A stretch of DNA of 64,000 bases from Octopus sinensis (GCF_006345805.1 NC_043021.1:2976001-3040000); one strand, 5' to 3'; positions 1-14,250 are shown, counted from the stretch's first letter. Notes: generated from the sequence alone by a model not told the origin. Numbers and translations are program-made.

Positions 1-448
1 CACACACTTTTACATACATGTATAAATATATATACGCACACATACACATGCATATATGTGTATATATATTATATATATGTGCGTGTGTGTGTGTGTTGCG
101 TTGTGTGTGTATGTATTTAAGTGTATGTATATATAATATACATACACTTAAATAGGATAGGTTTCTTTCTGTTGCTGTCTACTAAATCCATTACAAGGTT
201 TTGTTCAGTCTGGGGCTGTGTGGTTGTAGAAGACTCTTGTCCAAGGTGAACCTGAGACCATCTGGTTGGGAAGTGGAACTTCTGTAATCATACAAACATC
301 CCTGCACCTGCCTTAGACATTATTATTATTATCATTAGGGTCCACAAAAGGGGTAGCTGTAATTAACAGACATTATTTCATTTGCCATACAAACTCCACT
401 CTACTTCAAATCGCCTACAGCGACTTGTGTCTAGTCAAAGAAGACATA

Positions 449-2221
<1,773 letters not shown>

Positions 2222-2883
2222 GTGCATTCCCCTACATCCACCGAGCAAGTAAGACTGTGACATGCCTCAGGCAAGCACAGCAGTTCCGTCTCGCGACCAC
2301 TCTATCTTTACAACTCTTTCCTCTTCCTCTTTCTCTGCTTCTTCACCCCTCACCACCACCACCGCACCAACCCCAACCTTGAAGCCCCCCCCCCCCCCAT
2401 TCCCACCCTCCCATCTCACCTCCTTACCCCATCTGCACCTCATCTTCCCATGTTTCCTTTTACCTAAATTACTCCTTTGTCACCCAACTCTCTCTCTCTC
2501 TCTCTCTCGCTCTCCTTGCCTCCATCCTCTTCTTTGTTACCTGTGCCACTGGAGGCAAGTGTCACACTTTGCATCATTGTATATGATATAGCGATGCTTA
2601 AGGGAGAGAGAGAGAAAGCAAGAGAGAGAGAGGTCTTTAGATGGTCAATCAACCTGCTAGAGACAGCAACCAAATCTCCTTTTCAATCACACACATATAC
2701 ATTGCATCTTCTGAAATAAGGATGGACACATTTAATTATGTGGTCCTCAATATACTTATGCTTTGAAATAAGACAGGGTGGTCGTGACTGGAATTACATG
2801 TTGCTCATCAATGATCTTATGCTCTTATAACAACCTGGGGCTGAGCAACAACACCAGAAATGTCAAGAAATAAAAGATAGACT

Positions 2884-3670
2884 AACACCACCACCATCAC
2901 TCACCACCACCACTAAAACTACCACCATCACTCACCACTGCCACTAAAACCACCACCATCACTCACCACTGCCACTAAAACCACCACCATCACTCACCAA
3001 CGCCACTAAAACCACCACCATCACTCACCACCGCCACTAAAACCACCACCATCACTCACCAATGCCACTAAAACCACCACCATCACTCACCACCGCCACT
3101 AAAACCACCACCATCACTCACCAACGCCACTAAAACCACCACCATCACTCACCACTGCCACTAAAACCACCACCATCACTCACCCCTGCCATTAAAACCA
3201 CCACCATCACTCACCACTGCCACTAACACCACCACCATCACTCACCACCGCCACTAACACAACCGCCATCACTCACCACCGCCATCGCCCACCATCACCA
3301 TCATTCACCCCTGTCATCACTCACCACCGTCATCATTCACTGCCACTATCACTCACCACTGTTATCATTCCCCACCACCATTACTCACCACTGTCATTAC
3401 CCACCACCATCACTCACAACTGTTGTCATTTACTACTGCTGTCACTCACCACTACCATCATTCACCACTGCTCTCACTCACCACTATCATCACCCACCAC
3501 CACCATCACTCCACCATCATTCAACACCATTATCACCCACCACTGCAGTCACCCAGCACCACCACCACCACCTACCTCTACATTACCTTAATTGCTGCTG
3601 CCAACATCACCACCATCAGCACTACCACATCACTGCTACCTTCACCACCACCACCACCACCACCACTGCT
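2884..3670. repeat. 31-bp minisatellite (AAAACCACCACCATCACTCACCACTGCCACT) decaying into CAC/CAT-rich low complexity
   Basis: About 12 near-identical units from 2884 to ~3290, then degenerate. Confidence 0.9.
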
Positions 3671-3706
3671 TCTAAAATCACTACTAAGTTTGAATCAACA
3701 AGGGAG

Positions 3707-3760
3707 CTTTGGCTGCTATTTGTAGCAGATCTAATGATCTGCTACAAATAGCAGCCAAAG
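3707..3760. repeat. Perfect 25-bp inverted repeat with 4-nt loop
   Basis: CTTTGGCTGCTATTTGTAGCAGATC-taat-GATCTGCTACAAATAGCAGCCAAAG. The arm is the GGCTGCTATTTCTAGCA motif also seen singly near 739, 915, 5140, 10328 and 42280. Confidence 0.9.
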
Positions 3761-3984
3761 TCTTCTTCAAATCATCCGACTATCTTAAAATATACAATTT
3801 TTGAAGCAAAGGTTGAATGCTTGTGTTTGGAATACCTTTGATCATAGGCTAGCTCATTCAGAGCTGACCAAGGGTTATATAAGCTATACGTCATCAATAG
3901 CAGCAGTGTTACCATGACCATCACCAACAACAACTTCCCATCACCACTATCAATAAAAGGCTACATGGTTCGGATGGAGTTTAT

Positions 3985-4387
3985 TCTCTCTTTTACTCTT
4001 TTACTTGTTTCAGTCATTTGACTGCGGCCATGCTGGAGCACCACCTTTAGTCGAGCAAATCGACCCTGGGACTTATTCTTTGTAAGCCCAGTACTTATTC
4101 TATCGGTCTCTTTTGCCGAACCGCTAAGTGACGGGGACGTAAACACACCAGCATCGGTTGTCAAGCAATGCTAGGGGGACAAACACAGACACAAACACAC
4201 ACCCATATATACATACATATATACGACAGGTTTCTTTCAGTTTCCGTCTACCAAATCCACTCACAAGGCATTGGTCAGCCCGGGGCTATAGTAGAAGACA
4301 CTTGCCCAAGATGCCACGCAGTGGGACTGAACCCGGAACCATGTGGTTGGTTAGCAAGCTACTTACCACACAGCCACTCCTGCGCCT
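3985..4387 (-). mobile_element. tRNA-derived composite SINE (CORE-like head, central TA/TG microsatellite, conserved 3' tail), family A
   Basis: A-box TGGCTGTGTGG, B-box GGGTTCAGTCCC and CORE-like CTTGGGCAAGT; about 10 near-identical copies in the window. Confidence 0.9.
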
Positions 4388-4424
4388 ATTGATGCAGATT
4401 TTCTGCAGATGCATGATGCTCTTG

Positions 4425-4730
4425 AAGGTGCATGGCTCGGCGGTTAGGGCATTGGGCACACAATCATATAGTAGTGAGTTTGATTCCCTAACTGGGCTTT
4501 GTATTGAGTCCTTGAGCAAGACACTTTATTTCATGTTGCTCCAGTTTACTCAGCCGTAGAAATGAGTTGTGACGTCACTGGTGCCAAGCTGTATCAGCCT
4601 TTGCCTTTCCCTTGGATAACATTGATGGTGAAGAAAGGGGAGTCTGCTATGCATGATTGAAGGGGTCTTTACCCTTTATCCTATATACATATAATGGCAT
4701 GGAGAGGAGAGGCTGGTGTGCAAGGGCAAC
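4425..4730 (+). mobile_element. Second tRNA/CORE-like SINE (family D), decayed; another copy at ~34515-34810
   Basis: Both copies share TTGAGCAAGAC-TTTATTTCA-TTGCTCCAGTT-ACTCA-CTGTAGAAATGAGTTG-GAC-TCACTGGTGCCAAGC after a B-box-like GAGTTTGATTCC. Confidence 0.7.
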
Positions 4731-5183
4731 TGCTGGTCTTTTACCTGTAAGTGAACACACCAACACCATATATACATGGTAGGCCTCCTTCTGTTTCCGT
4801 CGACCAAATCAACTCAAAAGGCTTTGGTCAGCCTGAGGCTATAGTAGAAGAAACTTGCCCAAGGTACCACATAGTGGGACTGAAACCACAACCATGTGGG
4901 TAGGAAGCACACTTCTTACCACACAGCCATGCCTGGTTTACAAAATATATATACATGATCTTGTTATGCTTGTATTAAGGGTCCCATTTATAGGGAAAAG
5001 ATGGGATGATCACAGCTGGAATGCTTTTGATCATAGGCCTGCTTAATCAGGGCTGGCTTGAGGTTAACAGCACCAGCAACAGCAGCAGTAACCTCAAAAG
5101 CCATGTGCCAACAAGGTGTCTCTCAATGTTGCTGTCAACCTGCTAGAAATAGCAGCCAAATCTCCTTTAAATTACACTGTACC

Positions 5184-5778
5184 TATTTCTTTACTACCCA
5201 CAAGGGGCTAAACACAGAGAGGACAAACAAGGATAAATGGATTAAGTCGATTATATCAACCCCAGTGCGTAACTGGTACTTATTTAATCGACCCCGAAAG
5301 GATGAAAAGTAAAGTCGACCTCGGCGGAATTTGAACTCAGAACGTAGCGACAGACGAAATACCTATTTCTTAATTACCCACAAGGGGCTAAACACAGAGA
5401 GGACAAACAAGGACAGACATAGGCATTAAGTCGATTACATCGACCCCAGTGCGTAACTGGTAGTTAATTTATCGACCCCGAAAGGATGAAAAGTAAAGTC
5501 GACCTGGGCGGAATTTGAACTCAGAACGTAGCGGCAGACGAAATACCTATTTCTTTATTACCCACAAGGGGCTAAACATGGAGGAGACAAACATGGACAG
5601 ACATAGGTATTAAGTCGATTATATCGACCCCAGTGGGTAAATGGTACTTAATTTATCGACCCCGAAAGGATGAAAGGCAAAGTTGACCTCGGCGGAATTT
5701 GAACTCAGAACGTAACGACAGACGAAATACCGCTAAGCATTTCACCCGACGTGCTAACTATTCTGCCAGCTCGCTGCC
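5184..5778 (-). mobile_element. Nin-like tRNA SINE (family B): one head plus three tandem ~180-bp bodies
   Basis: Contains GTCGACTTTGCCTTTCATCCTTTCGGGGTCGAT (Nin-like block). Bracketed by a 17-bp TSD TTAAATTACACTGTACC at 5167-5183 and 5779-5795. Confidence 0.9.
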
Positions 5779-6206
5779 TTAAATTACACTGTACCATCTT
5801 GCAAACACACGCACACACACACACACTCTCTCTCTCTCTCTCTCTCTGTCATACACACTTACACGTACACACATGTTGGACAACTGTCGTAAGAGAGGAT
5901 GGATAAGGCTGGGACCAGAGTCATTTGTCTTTTGATCAAAAGTCTGCTCCAACAACAAGAACAGGCAAAATGACATCAAGTGGATTTTTTTTTGTTTTTT
6001 GTTTCTCCTTGATCTCCTCAAATAGCAACAACAACTGTTGGAGTCTCCATCAATCACAGAGTGATGAACATCCTGTTGTTTGACTAACCAATTCTTACTC
6101 ATGAAATTAATACGAAGGCAGCTGAGCATTCTCTTGACACATGTAATCTTGATGCAGAGCAATAGTTAAGGCTGAATCAGTAGGACATGATGTGATGGGG
6201 CAAGAC

Positions 6207-6277
<71 letters not shown>

Positions 6278-6295
6278 GTATATGTAAAAAAAAAA

Positions 6296-6518
6296 AACTG
6301 AGACAAGAACGCAAAACATTTAGAAGACGATACAAAAAACACGAACAGGACATTCGGAACCTTCAATCTTCAGTCAAGAACCGGATCATCCTAGCAATTT
6401 CGGCTGATTAATCTTATTGCGAGGATGATCCAGTTCTTGACTGAAGATTGAAGGCTTCGAATGTCCCGTCCGTGTTTTTAGTACCGTCTCCTATATGTTT
6501 TGCGTTCTTGTCCCAGTT
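6296..6518. mobile_element. Fold-back (palindromic) element with ~100-bp arms and a 17-nt loop
   Basis: 6296-6398 is the imperfect reverse complement of 6416-6518; sits in TA microsatellite. Confidence 0.85.
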
Positions 6519-6614
6519 TGTTTTCTTTACATATACATATGTATATATACATAGCGGCGCCCGTACCCTTTTTGGTCTTGTAAATAAGTACATATTTCTA
6601 TATATATATATATA

Positions 6615-6658
<44 letters not shown>

Positions 6659-6983
6659 TATTATTATTATTATTATATTATTATTATTATTATTATTTAA
6701 AACAGTGCCATGGCGAGGTGGCAAAATCATTAGCATGCTGGGTAAGATGCTTAGCAGCATTTTGTCCATCTTCGTGTTCTGAGTTCAAATTCTGCCAAGG
6801 TCGACTTTGCTTTTTTTTCCTTTCAGGGTCAATAAATTGAGTACCAGTGAAACACTGGGATCGATGTAATCAACTAGTCCCCTCCCAACAAATATTTCAG
6901 ACCTTGCGCCTATAATAGAAAGAATTATTTCAGTTTGATTTGGCTCCATACTGGATCAAACTGTTTGAAGTAATAATACATTA

Positions 6984-7280
6984 CATCATCATCATCGTTT
7001 AGCGTCCGCTTTCCATGCTGGCATGGGTTGGACGGTTCAACTGGGGTCTGTGAAGCCAGAAGGCTGCACCAGGCCCAGTCTGATCTGGCAATGTTTCTAC
7101 GGCTGGATGCCCTTCCTAACGCCAACCACTCCGTGAGTGTAGTGGGTGCTTTTTATGTGCCACCGGCACAGCTGCCAGGCGAGGCTGGCAATGGCCACAA
7201 TCGGTTGGTGCTTTTTACGTGCCATCGGCACGGGGGCCAGTTGGGGCGACGCTGGCAACGGCCACGTTCGGATGGTTCTA
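6984..7280 (-). mobile_element. (GAT)n-tailed SINE (family C)
   Basis: Reverse of ...GGAAGGGCATCCAG...CCATGCTAGCATGGAAAGCGGACGTTAAACGATGATGAT; further copies at 12350, 12622, 17570, 18690, 19252, 28495, 28955, ~30870, ~34030 and ~62610. Confidence 0.85.
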
Positions 7281-8195
7281 TGTAACTCCTAAATGTATTG
7301 ACTTACTTTATTTTTATATACCCAATCATTCATGTGTGTGTGTGTGTGTGTGTGTGTAAGATTTCTGGATTCCTTAAGAATCAAAGCACATTGGCATGTG
7401 AACAAATGTTGGCTATGTCCAGGTGCTAAGAACTCTTGCTATGCTACAACAGGTAAGACACCAGCCAATGTTGGCTATGTTTAGGACAACTGTTTAAAAT
7501 CTTACCTGTTTAAAACTGTTCCTGATAATGGTGGATTGTGTGTTATGGTGTAATCTTTTGCAACTGAATTAAATAAATAAAATTCTATTGAAACAGCTGT
7601 TGTAAATTTCAAATACAATTTGTATTAACTATTTTGTGTGTGTGTGTGTGTGTGTACATACCTGTATATATGTACATATGTGTAAATGTATGTCTGTCTA
7701 TATATGAGTGTATTTATGTGTGCATGTATATATATGTGTGTATATATATAACTGTATTTATATGTGCATGTATATATATATGTATGTGTGTGTGTGTTGT
7801 ATATATATATATATATATATACGTTTAAATATTTGTTGTGCAAGATTTTTTATGTGAAGTCGTGTGTTGAAACAGATATTGTTATATTTCGGAATGGTCA
7901 TATTGCCAGTTTAGCCAATAAAAACACACGCACTATATATTTGGTGTTATTTTGCTTCAGTGATATACAATAGAAATACAAAATGGCTGACGGTTAGTAA
8001 GGAGAGACACAAGTAAGTGAGAAGAAAACAAAGGACCACTGATGCGGTCACAGGAGTGTGACGAAAGAACTTTGGCCGAAATAAGATTAAGATTAATGTA
8101 AAAAATAAATATCACTGAAGCAAAATAACACCAAATATATAGTGCGTGTGTTTTTATTGGCTAAACTGGCAATATGACCATTCCGAAATATAACA

Positions 8196-8230
<35 letters not shown>

Positions 8231-8619
8231 CACACACACGTATTATGTGTATGTGTGTGCTGTATACACACACACATACACACACACATACATATAGATG
8301 TATTGTGTGTGTGTGTGTATGTATATATATATATTCGCACACATATGTGTGTGCATTGCTAAATACTTCTTGGCATTGCTCCAGCATGGCCAAATATATT
8401 TTATTCTTTGTACTTGTATCCGTTCAATGACTGAAACAAGTAAAAAGCAAAAGACATACTATACTACATCTACAGAGATTTCAGAAATTACTGGTTGGTC
8501 ATGGTTGGAACACTTTTGATCATAGCCCTGCACATTGAGAAACTAACCTAGTATTATTGTGTTCTGTTGTCACACTGTATTAGAACTGAACCTGGTTTAC
8601 TTGTACTTCTTATTGAACC

Positions 8620-8820
8620 ATAACATGTGGTCTGCAGTGAGGATTACTCTTGCTAATCCTTATAAACATGTTTTCTGTACTGTACCTACACATTGGTTAA
8701 GATCAAGTTCTTAAAGGTTTGCTCTCAAAATCTTTGTTCTCAAAGCTCTAATAATAATTGGCAGCATCATGGCCTTCTTAACTTTTCTGTTCCAGCTCTT
8801 GAGGTGTATATAATACTCGA
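8620..8820 (-). pseudogene. Decayed C-terminus of an R4/Dong-like (restriction-like endonuclease) non-LTR retrotransposon
   Basis: Minus frame reads LKSWNRKVKKAMMLPIIIRALRT...*ELDL...VQKTCL*GLARVI, resembling the R4-clade end PVVIGALG...QKxxLLGTARIL; two stops. Confidence 0.5.
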
Positions 8821-8914
8821 CTTTTTCTTTTTTTCCTTTTTTTTACTCTGATATCAAATTGGCATTATTATTATTACTTCCTAATGTATCAGTATTATTA
8901 TTACTTTCTTATTT

Positions 8915-9108
8915 CTTTACTGCTCACAAGGGGCTACACACAGAGGGGCTAAACACAGAGAGGACAAATGGATTAAGTCGAATATATCGATCCCGAAAGG
9001 ATGAAAGGCAAAGTTGACCTCAGCCGGAGTTGAACTCAGAACATAGCGGCAGACAAAATACTGCTAAGCATTTCGCCCAGTGTGCTAACATTTCTGCCAG
9101 CTCACCTT
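8915..9108 (-). mobile_element. Family B (Nin-like) SINE, internally deleted
   Basis: Matches the 5184-5778 head and tail. Confidence 0.8.
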
Positions 9109-9149
9109 ATTATTATTACTTTCTTAAGGTGGCAAGCTAGCAGAATTGT

Positions 9150-10320
9150 TACTGTATTTGACAATATCCCATCCAAAATGAAAGAATTTTTCAAAAAATC
9201 AAAACATGTCAACTTGATTATTGCTAGGAAATAAGTTTACTCAAAATAGCCACTTTTGGTTTCTACCATGGCCTCAAGACAGCTCTGGAACCTGGCACAT
9301 GCATTCCTGACTATGTCCCTGGGAAGATCTTCAAATAACTCCTTGCTTGTAGCCAACTTGGCCTTGGTGTTTCAGGCAGGAGCAGTTGGTGTCTTTCTCA
9401 ACTGCACTTCACTCATAGTAACCCAAGGGATTACAATTAGGGGATCTAGGAGTCATAGAAATTCTTTAACATCAAATCTGACTCTTTCTGGTTGTATGGC
9501 AAGGGACCAAATCCTGTTGCCACACATATGGCCTTCCAGCAGTAACCCTTGTTTGACCACAGTTTCCAGCAGCTTCTCACGGTCAGTTGAATTGTGTCTA
9601 AGGCCCTGCTCAAAGATATGAAGAGTATGACATAACCCTAATTGGGGAAACACCTAAAGAGAATCATAGTTTGGGGTAACTTGATTTGAGTGAGTGTCAA
9701 AACTATGCTGTCAGGGACTTTGAGTCCATGGTAGGGCCAAGCAAGGCAGACAGGTCTAACACTGGTGGTACTAGGGCTGCAACCCAGCTAACTGGAGGGC
9801 AACAGTGAATTCCAGGTAGCATCTGTTCCGGAATCCAGTGGACTCCAGGTGGTGTTGGATCGCATCTGTCAGTATCCTGTGGTCAGAAGGTGTAACATGA
9901 GGACCAGTTGTGTATGGTGGCTTATGAATACAGACAGGAACTGCTTTTGTGGAGTCTGACCATCTTGAAACTCACAATAGTGAATTCAATAGGACCTGGC
10001 ATAACCCCTCTTGGGTGAATGCCATTCCAAGACAAGACAAGATGTAACTTGGTTTTCATGATACATGGGACAGCACACGTATTGTAGGCAAGTGTTCACA
10101 GAGTATTGAGCAGCTGTCATGATGTTGGCATTTTGATACCCGACACAAATCATCCTGATATATGTAAATCTTTCCCAATATTCAGATGGTTTCCAGTCCT
10201 CTATGTTAGCTAACTTTTCCTCAACTACACCTTTAATCTCAATATTCGCCAATGCTAAGCTGTTCCTGTAAAAAGGTGACATAAAAAAATTGTTAAATTT
10301 AGTCAAACACCATGTGTATT
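9150..10320 (-). mobile_element. Decayed Tc1/mariner maT-like (DD37D-type) transposon
   Basis: Minus frames give N-terminal IEDWKPSEYWER...ANIMTAAQYSVNT, then LAYNTCAVPCIMKT, HIFEQGLR..LLETVVK, RPYVWQQDLVPCHT, SPNCNPLGYY and FEDLPRDIVRNACARFQSCLEAMVETKSGYFE*. Frameshifted; TIRs not clearly seen. Confidence 0.8.
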
Positions 10321-10338
10321 TGGATATGGCTGCTATTT

Positions 10339-12240
10339 CTAACAGTTTAAATGGCTGTGAAGAGACTGGCAGTGGTAGTGGTAGTGGTGGTCTAATAACA
10401 GATGGAGATGGTTTGATTGTTGTGGTAGTTCTAAAGGAGATCTGCTGGTGGTGGTGGTGGTGGTGATGGTGGTGGTGGTGGTGGTAGTGGTGGTGGTGGT
10501 GGTGGTACTGAATTTAATAGTGTGATGTAAGAATGGGGCAGGAAAGAGAAAAAGAGTAATAGTATGAGGAGGAGATGAAAGAAATGGGAAAGATATGAGT
10601 AGTGAAGCAATGAGAAGAAAATGTAATGTGTGGTGGGAGGAAGTGACAGACGAACTGTTGGATGATGGTGATGGTGGTGGTGGTGGTGGTGGTGGTGGTG
10701 GTGGTGGTGGTGGTGGTGGTGGCAATGGCACTAATGGTGATGGTGGTGGTGATGACCACAATGTTGATGAGGATGGTGGTGACTGGAATGACAGTGGCAA
10801 TGGTGGTGGTGTTGGTGGTGGTGGTATTGGTGATGATGATGATGATGACATTGATGGTGGTAGCCATGGTGGTGGTGTAGGTGGTATGATGATGATGACA
10901 TTGATGGTGGTAGCCATGGTGGTGGTGTAGGTGATGATGATGATGACATTGATGGTGGTAGTGGTAGTGATGGAGCAGTGCTGATGATGGTGGTGGTGAT
11001 GGTGTCATTGAAAGAAATACACACTATAAGACGATGATGATGATGATGATGATGACAAAATTGATGGGAGAAAAAAAGAAACACAAGAAAAGCAAAAAGA
11101 TGACAATGATGATGAGGATGATTACACGTAAAAATGATAACAGTGGTGGTGGTAGCAGTGGTATTGGTGACAGTAATGGTGGTGGTGGTGGTGGTGGTGA
11201 TGGGGGAAGCATTGGTGGTGATGATGATGATGATGATGATGATGGGTGGGGAAGAGGACAAAGAAAGAAGATGGTGTTAATGATGACAAAAGAGGGGGAG
11301 AAAATGGAAATGGGGGGAGAGTACGGTTGAAGCAACGATAATGATGGTGTAGAAATGAACATGAGTCGACGAAGAAATCAGAAGAACCTGATGGCTGGTG
11401 GTGATTAGTTTTAATTAGTGGAAGAGAAGATAAGTATGTATGGTGGTGGTGGTCATGGTGGTGGTGGTGGTGGTGGTGGAAGGAATTGGCAGAAAGAAAG
11501 ATTGGTTAGTGATAGATTGAAAGAAGCTTATGATGAAGGAGTTGAAAGAAAGAATTATGAGAGGAAGAAAAAGAAGAAACAAAAAATAATAATAATAAAA
11601 AAAATGAGAAATGTAGGAAAAGACAAATAGGCAAAAAGGAAAGGAAGAAAGAAAATGAGAACAGAGTAAGCGTGAAGAAAAATTGAAAGAATTAATTGAA
11701 GGAAAGAAAGAAAAAGATTAAAGAAAAACGAACAAAGAAAAAGTGATGGAGGAATTTGGGGGGAGGGGAAATAGCAAAAAGAAAGAAAGAGTGGAAGAAA
11801 GATGAAGGAAATGAAAGAGAAACAGTGGAAGAAATGAGATGAAAGAATAAGGAAGGAAGAAAGACAAAAATACAAAAGTGAAAGTAGAATTTGTAGAAAT
11901 ATTATTGGAGTCAAATTGTTTGGCTGAAATTCTTCGATGTGGTGCTGCCCCAGCATGGCCACAGTGCAATGAGTGAAACCAGTAAAAGAAGATATGGCTC
12001 TGTCTAGAACAGAAGGAAGAGCGAGAAAAAGAAAGAAAAGAAGAACAAAAGAAGAACCAATGGCGGTGCCCCAGCATGGCCACAGCTCTTGAGCTGAAAC
12101 TAGATAAAATAAAAATGAGGAACAAAAGGAGATAGAAAGAGTAAAAAAAAAGGAAGAGTAAAATTGTACAAAGAAATAAGAAGAAACAAAAAAAAAAGAA
12201 ACAAAAAGATGAAACGAATGAATATCAAGAGATTTCAGGT
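10339..12240. repeat. (GGT)n/(GAT)n low-complexity block followed by an AG-rich purine tract
   Basis: Directly visible; source of the poly-G/P/H/D ORFs. Confidence 0.9.
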
Positions 12241-12349
12241 TCAAATGACAATGGCACAAATGGGACAAACATCTTCTACAATAAGCTGCAGACCAACCAA
12301 TGCTTTGTGAATGAATTTGGTACACAGAAACCAAAAGAATCTTGTCATA

Positions 12350-12353
12350 TAGT

Positions 12354-12386
<33 letters not shown>

Positions 12387-12860
12387 GTTTAACGTCCGCT
12401 TTCCATGCTAGCATGGGTTGGACGATTTTGACTGAGGACTGGCAAACCAGATGGTTGCACCAGGCTCCAATCTTGATCTGGCAGAATTTCTACAGCTGGT
12501 TGCCCTTCCTAACGACAAACCACACCGGAGATGATATCAAAAAGTTCCTGAACTAGTTCTGTAGCGCACCAACAGATGGCAGCACATGGTTACATGTTCA
12601 GTGAGAGCTAGTAGTGACCTTCATCATCATCATCATCGTTTAACGTCTGCTTTCCATGCTAGCATGGGTTGGACGATTTGACCGAGGGCTGGCGAACCAG
12701 ATGGTTGCACCAGGCTCCAATCTTGATCTGGCTGAGTTTCTACAGCTGGATGCCCTTCCTAACACCAACCACGCCGGAGATGATATCAAAAGTTCCTGAA
12801 CTAGTTCTGTAGTGCATACAACAGATGGCAGCACATGGTTACATGCTCAGTGAGCCACAT
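12350..12860. repeat. Tandem duplication (~270-bp unit) of a family C SINE 3' part fused to a mariner 5' end
   Basis: Units 12350-12620 and 12622-12860. Each ends in GATATCAAAA(A)GTTCCTGAACTAGTTCT...CAACAGATGGCAGCACATGG, the reverse complement of 23890-23977. Confidence 0.8.
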
Positions 12861-13139
12861 AGGCAGGGCCAAAATGTCTCATACTTATTAATGTAGCCTT
12901 GTTCCACTTTGATGTCTCATTGACTCAGATATTTAACGTTCCTTCTAAGATAATGTAGTATTTATATAATTTGAGGCATGACATGTACTAAACACAATGT
13001 AATAAGTACCGAGAAATGGAGCTGACTGATAAAACTGAGTAACACAATTTTTGTTTTTAAGTAGAAACTGTTATTCCCTATTTGCTTACTCTTAGAAAGT
13101 ATAACAAATGACTAATATTTTCCTTCAAACTTAGATTTT

Positions 13140-13400
13140 CTTACTTTTATTCAAACCACAAAGAACAACTCTCAACATAAGGCTATGATGCTCCCCCACT
13201 ACTCGTGCTCATCATCAGAGATGCATATATTGTCAGCGACTAAGGGACAGGCTCAAGTGGTTATGGTCAAGCAAATCTGTGGTATAGAGCAGAATATTTG
13301 CTATAATGATATTTCTGCTTCAGCAACTCTGTGCTGAATCTATCTGAAATGTAATGGAGAATAGGTCAGCTTCAAAACATTGATGTCCAGGTGACGAAAG
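13140..13400 (+). repeat. Unclassified interspersed repeat; inverted copy at ~59165-59410
   Basis: ATAATGATATTTCTGCTTCAGCAACTC...GATGTCCAGGT and GATGCTCCCC...GATGCA match the reverse complement of 59165-59410. Confidence 0.7.
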
Positions 13401-13446
13401 TAAAGTGTGAAAGGGATAGTAGTCATTTCCTTTGATTTCAATATCT

Positions 13447-13810
13447 CTTTTACTCTTTTACTTGTTTCAGTCATTTGACTGCAGCCATGCTGGAGCACCG
13501 CCTTTAATCGAGCAACTCAACCCCGGGACTTATTCATTGTAAGCCCAGTACTTATTCTATCATCTCTTTTGCCGAACCGCTAAGTGACGGGGACATAAAC
13601 ACACCAGCATCGGTTGTCAAGCAATGCTAGGGGACAAGCACAAACATACACGCACACACACATATATATATATATACATATATACGACGGGCTTCTTTCA
13701 GTTTCCATCGACCAAATCCACTCACAAGGCTTTGGTCGGCCCGAGGCTATAGTAGAAGACACTTGCCCAAGGTGCCACGCAGTGGGACTGAACCCGGAAC
13801 CATTGTGGTT
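13447..13810 (-). mobile_element. Family A SINE, 5'-truncated
   Basis: Near-identical to 3985-4387. Confidence 0.88.
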
Positions 13811-13829
13811 AAGCAAATAGGAAATATCC

Positions 13830-14250
13830 TTTACTGACCAAAGATGAAAAGGATTTTAAAAATTGTTGCACAATGATAAACAAATAATTTGAGCAAAAGA
13901 GGATACAACTCATCAAAACTGTGTACAATTATGCAATTGAGAGAGACAGAAGAACTAGCAAAGGCAAAAAAGGGGACAGTTATGTGCTTGACAAGCAAAG
14001 ATAGAACAACTTCTGAAATTGTCCAATAGGAAATGATACACAGGAAAGCAATTTCAGACAACTTCAGGAAAGTAGAATCTGAAAAGCAATATATGCATAA
14101 ACTACAGTAAAACCAACCAATGAAAAACATAGAGTGACTAACAAATTGGCAAACGTAACAACGGCTGATAAGATCTTCATAAAACAAGAGAAGAAAGCAG
14201 CCGATGGAAATGAGAAGGAAGACTCTGAATCTACTCCAATGTATATCAAA
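13830..14250 (+). pseudogene. Possible decayed Penelope-like RT C-terminal region
   Basis: TKDEKDFKNCCTMI (frameshift) NNLSKRGYNSSKL resembles the PLE pattern RICSxExDF...LxKRGY; many stops. Confidence 0.3.

Noticed and set aside
4158-4559. Recurrent ORFs such as MSSNARG..., MLGGQTQT..., MTTDAGVF... as a gene family
   Set aside because: They are frames through family A SINE copies.
5880-6150. Possible LINE endonuclease remnant (PVLVVGADF*SK on the minus strand)
   Set aside because: Single weak motif with multiple stops; not enough to call.
10339-11480. (GGT/GAT) block as an inverted duplicate of the CAC/CAT block at 2884-3670
   Set aside because: Only compositional complementarity; the 31-bp unit is not present.
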